DNA from: an uncultured Dehalococcoidaceae bacterium
GTDB lineage: Bacteria; Chloroflexota; Dehalococcoidia; Dehalococcoidales; RBG-16-60-22
NCBI GenBank assembly: GCA_964462865.1
Contig: CAYWZO010000001.1
Coordinates: 17,309 to 81,308, forward strand
DNA: 64,000 bases
Reading direction: 5' to 3'
Part shown: piece after piece, positions 57,105-64,000 of the stretch
How positions within the stretch are numbered: the first letter of the stretch is position 1
Layout of the letters: each line of letters starts with the position of its first letter
Made by a program: the position numbers and the translations under genes
Notes under the pieces: model-generated
Databases searched by the model: none
The model's input: the letters and a program-made list of their open reading frames with translations, nothing else
What the model was told of the DNA's origin: nothing

Positions 57105-57713
57105 ATGGACCTTGAAGAACTGGGAAAAAAGGTAGTCCTGATGGAGGACATCCAGGCGATAGAAGACCTCCAGCAAATGTACGGCTATTACATGGATACG
57201 CACCAGCGGGAGCAGGTGGTCAGTCTGTTCTCAGAAGACGCGGAATCCCTGGAAATAGAAAGCGTGGGGCTGTTCCTGGGGAAAAAGGGTGTGAAGCAGT
57301 TCTTCCTCGAGAACGACCTGCTTAAAGGAGATGAAACGGTCGTCCCGAACTGGATAAACATCCTCATCATGATGTTCCAGGACGTTATCGACGTAGCGCC
57401 CGACGGGAAGACAGCCAAGGGGCGGTGGAACACCTGGCTGGCCGAGGCGATGCCGGTGGAGGGAATACCGCGGCAGCAGTGGTGCCAGGGATATTATGAA
57501 AATGAGTACGTCAAGGAGAACGGCAAGTGGCTCTTTAAAAAGCTGCACTGGAACGTGACCGTTTTCACCTCTTTCGAGGCGGGGTGGCTGAAGGTGCCGC
57601 TGCTGGGCCTATTGACCCGCCCGGACGCCGACGCCCCCGCCCCCCATTTCCACCCCTACCCCTCGGGCTACCACCTGCCGTACCACTTTAAACACCCGGT
57701 CACGGGGGAGTGA
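57105..57713 (+). CDS. SnoaL-like / NTF2-fold protein, paralogue B
   Basis: Collinear with paralogue A: IQAIEDLQQMYGYYMDTHQREQVVSLFSEDA...GYYENEYVKENGKWLFKKLHW...HPYPSGYHLPYHFKHPVTGE. Confidence 0.65.
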   Translation: MDLEELGKKVVLMEDIQAIEDLQQMYGYYMDTHQREQVVSLFSEDAESLEIESVGLFLGKKGVKQFFLENDLLKGDETVVPNWINILIMMFQDVIDVAPDGKTAKGRWNTWLAEAMPVEGIPRQQWCQGYYENEYVKENGKWLFKKLHWNVTVFTSFEAGWLKVPLLGLLTRPDADAPAPHFHPYPSGYHLPYHFKHPVTGE

Positions 57714-57797
57714 GAGAGGCTGAAATAGCTTTAGTGCAATAGTTGCGCTGGTGCCTGGCGAGGTCCTATAATAAATCAATTTTTACTGGAAGGTAAT

Positions 57798-58382
57798 ATG
57801 CTCACCCCGGTAGATGGTTGGACGATTGCCCACGGCCTCGTAGGTCTCTTCTTAGGAAGAATCAAATTAAACAGGTTGCTGTTTTATCCCGTTCCGATTG
57901 TATGGGAGATATATCAACTATACTTTCATTATCAACCGAAAGGTATTTTCCTGGCGCACGTCTGGCTCAACTCTTTAAGCGATATTCTCGCCTGCATCAT
58001 ATGTTACGAATTAGCCGTGAGATATTCGTTTGATATCGAACGATATCCCCTCTGGACAAGAGTAAATAACAAGACTAAGGCAATTATCGCTTATGTTCTG
58101 ATTACTCTAAGCGTAACCTGGATTTTCTACGATGATATATTCAGGGGAGGGCTATGGACGCGTATGCCCATAGGCCAGCTCCCGCTGGTGTTAGGGGCGC
58201 TCTCGCCGGCAATCGCATCATTTATTGTCTGGATATGGATTAAGCGGGATACTTTTCGTTTTGTCGGATTATTAAAGATATTCGGCAAGCAGTTGTCCTA
58301 TTACCTCTTTACGGGTGTCTTGCCGTCGGTGGCTATTCTTTTCACCGTATCTCTGGTAATAATTTTAAATTCCCATTTTTAA
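57798..58382 (+). CDS. Integral membrane protein of unknown function
   Basis: 194 aa with 5-6 hydrophobic segments and lower GC than its neighbours. I recognised no motif. Confidence 0.5.
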   Translation: MLTPVDGWTIAHGLVGLFLGRIKLNRLLFYPVPIVWEIYQLYFHYQPKGIFLAHVWLNSLSDILACIICYELAVRYSFDIERYPLWTRVNNKTKAIIAYVLITLSVTWIFYDDIFRGGLWTRMPIGQLPLVLGALSPAIASFIVWIWIKRDTFRFVGLLKIFGKQLSYYLFTGVLPSVAILFTVSLVIILNSHF

Positions 58383-58414
58383 TATTTTGTGAAACAAGGC
58401 CGGAGGTTACTCTT

Positions 58415-59845
58415 TCACGCTCTTTTCACTGCCAGCCGGATTATCTTTCTGATGTCGTCCACTTCCTCCAGTCTGTCCACCAGCTCTATCAGTCTCTCCG
58501 CATTCTCCCGGGTGACAATATGGGAAAAATCCACCTGGACCATGAACTTTTTCACTAAAGCGTCCCACGACAGCGGGTGCGGTATCTCGCCGGTGGCTTC
58601 ACGCACGTATTCTGCTATAACACTACCATCTTTCAGGCTGACCTCAAGCTCCACACCGTCCTTTTTGTCCAGATCCGGGGCTAACTCAATCTTACCAATC
58701 AGCGCCTGCACCCGCGGGTCGCGTATCGATTCCTCGGTGAAGTTCTCGGCGGTCACGCTTCTCCTTAACAGCGCCGTGGCCGTGGCGTACTTATAGCTGA
58801 AAAGGGCGTCGCCGGTGGGGTAATCGCCGACCTTATACGGCTTCATGTAGTGGGCGAAGCGCATGGGTGGGGATAAATGCACGATGACCTTGTTGATGTC
58901 CTCAATATTGATAGCGTTTTGGCGTACCAGCGCCAGCGCCGCATCGATACAGGTATGCGTGGGCCGACCGCCGGGATAGGGTTTGAAAAGGAGTTCCACG
59001 TAATACTTTTTCCCTAAATCCCTGGTCAGGATTTCAGGGCGCTCGCAGCCGGGCGTGAAATTGGCGTAATAGCCGTTCTTCCCGAAAAACGGGTCGGGGA
59101 TACCCGTCCAGCCGGCTCTGGCCAGCTGCGCCGCCAACACGCCGCTGCGGGCGGAGGTACCCTGGCTCAATTTGAAGGTGGTGGCCCCGGCGGAAAGGCC
59201 GCCACCGGCCCCGGATATCATGTTAATGACGATGCCAAAGGCATGTTTTAACTGTCGATGGTTCAGGCCGAGCAGGCGCCCGGCGATGGCCGCCGCGCCG
59301 AAGGCGGGCACGGTGCCCCAGGCATCGAAGGTGGGGGACTTTCCCAATCCCTGGCGGCCCGCCTGGCTCATCTTCCAGGGTTCGCCGCCCGCGGTGTATA
59401 TCCTCTCGGCCACATCGTCGCCGGCGACCAGCGCGGTAATCAACTCCCGGCCACGGCAACCGCGGCTCTCGCCTACCGTAAGCGCCGTGGTAACCGTCGT
59501 GCCGCTGACGTGCCCGGGATAACGCTTGCCGTCGATGATAGCTAACAGCGGCTCCCAGTCGAAGGAGCGGCACAGGATGGCGTTGGCCCAGGCCGCGTCC
59601 TGCACCGGTGCTTTCAGGCCATAGGCCAGGATGGTCGCCTCCTCTTTTCCGCCCCACCCCTTCACCAATTCAACTAAAGCGTCGTTACCGGGGGCCGCCG
59701 CGCCGCCGATGGCGCATCCGATAACATCCAGGACACGTTTTTTCGTATTTTCCAAAATGGCCAAGGCGATGTCCTCGAAGCGGGTTTGAAGGACATTCTC
59801 CGCGAACGCTCCAACCACATTTTCACCGCTGACAGGGTCGGTCAC
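58415..59845 (-). CDS. MmgE/PrpD-family protein (2-methylcitrate dehydratase-like)
   Basis: 476 aa. The N-terminal pattern FENVLQTRFEDI...KKRVLDVIGCAIGG and the overall length and layout are typical of PrpD-family proteins. Confidence 0.75.
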   Translation of the reverse strand: MTDPVSGENVVGAFAENVLQTRFEDIALAILENTKKRVLDVIGCAIGGAAAPGNDALVELVKGWGGKEEATILAYGLKAPVQDAAWANAILCRSFDWEPLLAIIDGKRYPGHVSGTTVTTALTVGESRGCRGRELITALVAGDDVAERIYTAGGEPWKMSQAGRQGLGKSPTFDAWGTVPAFGAAAIAGRLLGLNHRQLKHAFGIVINMISGAGGGLSAGATTFKLSQGTSARSGVLAAQLARAGWTGIPDPFFGKNGYYANFTPGCERPEILTRDLGKKYYVELLFKPYPGGRPTHTCIDAALALVRQNAINIEDINKVIVHLSPPMRFAHYMKPYKVGDYPTGDALFSYKYATATALLRRSVTAENFTEESIRDPRVQALIGKIELAPDLDKKDGVELEVSLKDGSVIAEYVREATGEIPHPLSWDALVKKFMVQVDFSHIVTRENAERLIELVDRLEEVDDIRKIIRLAVKRA

Positions 59846-59847
59846 CG

Positions 59848-61029
59848 TCAGGCCTTCTTATACTCTACGACAGTAGGCTTCTTGCCGGGAGTAATCAACT
59901 TCTGGACAACCTCTTCATTAAGCTCCATCCCCAGCCCCGGCCCGTCCGGCGGGTAGAGATAGCCGTTTTCATATCTGGGCACTTTTACGGCTAGGTCGTC
60001 GGTAATCGGCTTGCTGACGGTATCGAGACAATCGTGCAGGGACAGCGGGCCGGTGTTCTCCTGCTCCAGGCGTCCCATCCACTCGGTGCCGGCGATAAAG
60101 TGCGCCTGGGCGGCGGCCTCGAAGCCGGAGCCGGTCAGGCAGCCGCACATGACCGGGATATTGGCCGCTTTGGCGATGGCCACCCACTTTTGCGCCTTGC
60201 AGATACCGCCGACCCTGGCCACTTTCAGGAAAAACACGTCGGCCGCTTTCTTCTGGATAATCTCCAGCAGGTGGCTCAACTCGGTGGTGGACTCGTCGGC
60301 GCATATCGGGGTGCCCACTTTCTGGCGGAGGCGCGCCATGCCGTCGATGTCCCAGTAAGGCAACGGCTGCTCGAACATGAAAAGGTTATATTTCTCCATT
60401 TTCCTCAAAGCGTCCAGGGCCGTGTAGAAGTCCCAGCCGCCGTTAGCGTCCATCCCCAGCCGGAAATCATCGCCGACTACTTGCCGTACCGCCCTGATAT
60501 TCTCGATGTCCGCGGCGATGTTGCCGGCGGATACCTTCAGCTTGATGCTCTTGAAACCGGCCTTTTTTATCCGGGCGGCTTTCTCCGCCACCACGTCAGG
60601 AGGGCCGAAGGTAATCACCGTCCCCAGCGGTATCTTTTCGTTACAGAGCCCGCCGAGAAGCTGGTAAACGGGAACGCCCAGTTTCTTGCCCTTCAAATCG
60701 TGCAGGGCGAAGTCAATGGCCGTAATCGCCTGATTGTTGTGCTTGGTCATCCGGTCCATCTGCGTGGTCAGCTTTTCGATGTTCATCGGGTCAGCCCCGA
60801 GGAGGAGGCGGGGCGCGAACCACTCGTTAATAACGCTCATCAGCGAGGCCTGCCCTTCGCCGATATATCCCAGCGACGTGTGGCCGGCCTCGGCGATGCC
60901 GGTGATACCCTCATCCGTATGTATCTTCACAATGACCGGCTCGGAGGCGGGTATCACGCCCGTCCCCATGTAGTGAACCGTCTTATATTTGAACTGTACC
61001 GGGATACATTCAATCTTGGTAATTATCAT
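59848..61029 (-). CDS. Enolase-superfamily enzyme (mandelate racemase/muconate lactonizing family)
   Basis: KxK (FKSIKLKV), metal ligands GMDANGGW, FEQP and CADES, and an N-terminal capping domain. Confidence 0.82.
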   Translation of the reverse strand: MIITKIECIPVQFKYKTVHYMGTGVIPASEPVIVKIHTDEGITGIAEAGHTSLGYIGEGQASLMSVINEWFAPRLLLGADPMNIEKLTTQMDRMTKHNNQAITAIDFALHDLKGKKLGVPVYQLLGGLCNEKIPLGTVITFGPPDVVAEKAARIKKAGFKSIKLKVSAGNIAADIENIRAVRQVVGDDFRLGMDANGGWDFYTALDALRKMEKYNLFMFEQPLPYWDIDGMARLRQKVGTPICADESTTELSHLLEIIQKKAADVFFLKVARVGGICKAQKWVAIAKAANIPVMCGCLTGSGFEAAAQAHFIAGTEWMGRLEQENTGPLSLHDCLDTVSKPITDDLAVKVPRYENGYLYPPDGPGLGMELNEEVVQKLITPGKKPTVVEYKKA

Positions 61030-61203
61030 GCGTCTCCTTAATATCGCCTGATTCGGGGAAAAGCGTCACCCCATTTTAATTCGCCTCGTCTTTACAGTCA
61101 AACCCGCTTGGGGTACAAGCGGTAGAGACCTTTTTCAAGCTTGACACGATTAACGATATTTCCAGGCTGATGCGGGAAATCACTCTTATTAAAGATTAAA
61201 TCA

Positions 61204-62061
61204 TTAAAACGGCTTCAGGACTATCCTGTACTTCAGCCCGTAAATAGTCGCTGCGACGACGTAGATAACAATGAAACCCATCAGCGCCATGACCAGGGCG
61301 AGTATCAGCACGCCGTAGACGGCGCCCAGCCAAGACGCCATGAAGGGAAAAATTACGTCGCTACCGGTCCCGGCGACGAGTGCTATAAAATTCAACAGCA
61401 AAAACGGTAAGACCACACACCCCAGACCCGAAAGAGAATGCTTAATATCTGACCAGCTTAACCTGATATTGGCCGAGACGCAAACGGCCAGGTAGAGAAA
61501 GACCCAGAACCACCAGCCGGCCAGGTTTTCTGGGGTGAAAATCAGCTTTACCAGCGCCAGCGCCGATTGCCCCCACACCTCAAAATAGCTGCCAACCGAA
61601 TAAGCAGCAATCTCACCGGTCCGCACCAGGATAGCGTCCCAGACCTGCGAGCTGCCGGGAATGAGTATATAAAACAGCCCGAAGAGCACGGCACACCCGA
61701 GGAGCACCGGCCCAATCCCGATGAAGAAGTTGCCGAGGATATGCCACGGGTTTTTCTTGTGCCACTTGTGATAAACGTACCCCAGCGTACCGGTTACGGG
61801 ATCAGGCTTGAAGAACCTGATTTCCACGATTTTATGCAGGAATATCAGGCAAAATAAAGCGTGTCCCAGCTCGTGAACGGGCGTGCCCAGCCAGGCTACC
61901 AGGTAGACGCCCCGGCGGCCGAAAGACCTCTCCAGCGATTTGAAGGTAAGCTGGGAGAGTGAATGTATTAAAAGTCCGAAGATAAAGACCCCGGCGAACA
62001 GGGAAGCCATCTGGCCGAGCGTGGCCACAATGAGGTCCCTGATGAAGACGAGTGCGGACAT
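61204..62061 (-). CDS. Polytopic membrane protein with HExxH motif (putative membrane zinc metallopeptidase)
   Basis: GTPVHELGHALFCL lies within a ~7-TM protein. Confidence 0.5.
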   Translation of the reverse strand: MSALVFIRDLIVATLGQMASLFAGVFIFGLLIHSLSQLTFKSLERSFGRRGVYLVAWLGTPVHELGHALFCLIFLHKIVEIRFFKPDPVTGTLGYVYHKWHKKNPWHILGNFFIGIGPVLLGCAVLFGLFYILIPGSSQVWDAILVRTGEIAAYSVGSYFEVWGQSALALVKLIFTPENLAGWWFWVFLYLAVCVSANIRLSWSDIKHSLSGLGCVVLPFLLLNFIALVAGTGSDVIFPFMASWLGAVYGVLILALVMALMGFIVIYVVAATIYGLKYRIVLKPF

Positions 62062-62152
62062 ACCGGTTGCATCATATCCGCACTATCCAGGCATGTCAAG
62101 AGGAAGGAAATGCAAACACAGGTCTTCCCGAAAAGTTTTGGATTACCAAAAG

Positions 62153-62228
62153 TGGTGGGCGGTACAGGACTTGAACCTGTGACCTCCTGCGTGTGAAGCA
62201 GGCGCTCTAACCACTGAGCTAACCGCCC
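62153..62228 (-). tRNA. tRNA-Val (anticodon CAC), CCA encoded
   Basis: The minus strand reads GGGCGGTTAGCTCAGTGGTTAGAGCGCCTGCTTCACACGCAGGAGGTCACAGGTTCAAGTCCTGTACCGCCCACCA. It folds by hand into a 7/4/5/5-bp cloverleaf with anticodon loop TTCACAC. Confidence 0.93.
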
Positions 62229-62302
62229 GGATGGGAGTACTATTTATTGTACCCTTTCAAGGCCCCTTTGTAAATCTGAATCCGGGAGGGTAATAGCGCC
62301 GG

Positions 62303-64000
62303 CTACTTCAGGTATTCAAATATCTTTATCTCCGGGGCCGTAGCGTTTTCAGCGTAAGGGACGTAGTACCTTGAAGTGTAGACCATCTTGTAATCTGAAA
62401 GCGCTTCCAGGGGTACAGGGCTGACGAACGGGTTGCCACCGACGATATCATATTTCCCTGACGTTTGACTGGCAATAAAGTTCTGCGCCTCGCCATAATT
62501 ATTGTATTGTTTGGCTGCGGTGACTATTTTGTAACGCACGCCACCTTTGACTGTCTCGTTATAAGTAAGAACGATGGGTTTCTCGCCGGTTGTTTCCTGA
62601 CCATCGAAGTTAAACAGCCTGACCACCAGGCAGTTATAGTAGTCGGTATTAAGGAAGATTTTCCACGGTTTGATAATACCCTGCTCTTCGGTATAATACA
62701 CATTTATATACTTTTCCTGGTCTTTATCTGCCCAGGTGGCCAAAGCATGGAATTTCCCGGACCAAGCATTAACCATATCAAAATCGATGATTATATAAGA
62801 CGAGTCCAGCTCATCCATAATCTTATCGGCCGCCGCCTCCTCCTGGGACAGGAAGAGACTGGCCACCTTGATAATAGGCACCGGGTCCTGGGAGGGATTG
62901 GTCGAGGGGAGGCGGTGGGCTATCCGGGAAATCCAGTAGCCGTAGTCCCACCAGGCGGTGACGCCGTAAGCCGAGGCCGGGTACTCATAGTCTAAATCAT
63001 AGACCTTATAATAGGCCCCGGGGTCTCCCAGGGGGTCCGGGGTATTATTCTTCATCCAGGTCAAAGATTCCTCCCAGCCATCCGAAGGGGCATAGGGGGC
63101 TGCTGAAGCCGCATCCTTTGACTTGGTAACATTCCAGAAAGTTACCAGAGGAAGAACGATAATAATGGCTATTATCGTATAAGCCACGTACCGCGAGTTG
63201 TCAGATTCCTGCCGTCGTTTTTTCCTGGCCCCGGCGCTTTCCGCCTTGTCCTCTCCCGGACTACCGGCCTGCCTTTCAGCCAGTTTTTTCAACCCCGCCC
63301 ACCAGATAATCTCCCAGGAGATAAAAGCTGTAAGCAACGCGACGTTGACCACAGAATAATACGCGAATCGGCGCTGCACCAGCGTGGCGAACAGCGTCAC
63401 TAGAGACCAGACGATGAACAGCAGAATGAGTTCCTTTTGGCCATGGGCTTTGATAACCTGCCAGAGTAAAACGACCAGAGCGATGAGGCCGAAGCCGGGA
63501 ATAGCCCAGTTTTTGGTGAGGAAAAAGCCTGTGGTGAAATTGCCCCAGGCAAGGGTAGTGGTAAAACTGCCATAGGGCGAAAGTAAGGGCTGCATTTCCT
63601 GTGTGGTCGTGGCGGTCGAGCCCCCTCCCGGTGCAAAGACGAAGAGGAAATTGTTCCATAAAGCGCTCACCGTATCCCGACCTACCGCGTAAAAAAGTCC
63701 GATGACTACGACGCCGATTGCGACCAGTGATAGCGGGTAATAATACGATTTCAGGCCACGGCCTAACATTAACCGTGAAAAACCGGTCAGGACGAGGGGA
63801 ACAAACACGGCGGCGGTCATGGCCAGGGACAGGTTCTTGTTAGGTGAAATCGGTAAAAAGATGATGAGGGCGACCACGAAAACAATGAAACTGACGATGC
63901 CCAGATGTTCCGAGGATTTCTGTCTGAAATGGTTGATAATAAACTGAATGAGCAGGTAAAGACAGATGATAAAGACAAAGAGCAGCGCCCCCATCCAGGT
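62303..64000 (-). CDS. AglB/STT3/PglB-family oligosaccharyltransferase, N-terminus beyond the window edge
   Basis: The WWDYGYW motif lies at nt 62939-62953 (minus). Downstream is SYIIIDFDMVNAWSGKFHALATWA (the DK/MI-motif region). A TIxE-like TTQEMQP loop and more than 8 TM segments are present. The frame stays open to nt 64000. Confidence 0.8.
   Translation of the reverse strand, partial: TWMGALLFVFIICLYLLIQFIINHFRQKSSEHLGIVSFIVFVVALIIFLPISPNKNLSLAMTAAVFVPLVLTGFSRLMLGRGLKSYYYPLSLVAIGVVVIGLFYAVGRDTVSALWNNFLFVFAPGGGSTATTTQEMQPLLSPYGSFTTTLAWGNFTTGFFLTKNWAIPGFGLIALVVLLWQVIKAHGQKELILLFIVWSLVTLFATLVQRRFAYYSVVNVALLTAFISWEIIWWAGLKKLAERQAGSPGEDKAESAGARKKRRQESDNSRYVAYTIIAIIIVLPLVTFWNVTKSKDAASAAPYAPSDGWEESLTWMKNNTPDPLGDPGAYYKVYDLDYEYPASAYGVTAWWDYGYWISRIAHRLPSTNPSQDPVPIIKVASLFLSQEEAAADKIMDELDSSYIIIDFDMVNAWSGKFHALATWADKDQEKYINVYYTEEQGIIKPWKIFLNTDYYNCLVVRLFNFDGQETTGEKPIVLTYNETVKGGVRYKIVTAAKQYNNYGEAQNFIASQTSGKYDIVGGNPFVSPVPLEALSDYKMVYTSRYYVPYAENATAPEIKIFEYLK

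Noticed and set aside
62062-62302. tRNA-Val as a possible integration site of a genomic island.
   Set aside because: No integrase, no direct repeat of the tRNA 3' end, and no phage or plasmid genes are visible on either side within the window.

Overview
This is a 64-kb chromosomal window from a moderately GC-rich, probably anaerobic bacterium. Bacterial hallmarks are RelA/SpoT, five two-component-type genes, Shine-Dalgarno sites, rho-independent terminators, a TPP riboswitch and a tRNA with encoded CCA. It nevertheless carries many archaeal-type genes: a split acyl-CoA mutase, a COG1900 homocysteine enzyme, an NrpR-like repressor, an AglB/STT3 oligosaccharyltransferase, a thiolase+DUF35 pair and a two-subunit class I fumarase. 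A Chloroflexota/Dehalococcoidia-like origin is my guess only. I call about 55 protein genes, one tRNA-Val(CAC), one TPP riboswitch, two decayed gene remnants (amtB-glnK and an OmpR-type regulator) and several REP/MITE-like palindromic elements. I saw no rRNA, CRISPR array, transposase or integrase. The observations most worth follow-up are: (1) a ~70-aa helical, Trp-rich module ('...KIESWVGKLD...QEKW') that occurs three times: as a C-terminal extension of a selenocysteine formate dehydrogenase, as a stand-alone gene heading that FDH operon, and as a stand-alone gene directly upstream of a receiver-domain::acetyl-CoA synthetase fusion; (2) the REC-Acs fusion itself, with an orphan histidine kinase nearby; (3) a minimal class III nucleotide cyclase co-oriented with a GAF-HD-GYP phosphodiesterase, in the same window as a low-GC orphan PilB/MshE ATPase carrying a textbook tandem MshEN c-di-GMP-binding motif; (4) a TPP riboswitch driving a PurM/HypE-superfamily gene; (5) a 75-nt tandem duplication of a translation-initiation region with built-in anti-SD segments; (6) bacterial NrpR and AglB homologues. 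All functional calls come from reading the translated ORFs and motifs by eye. No database search was possible.
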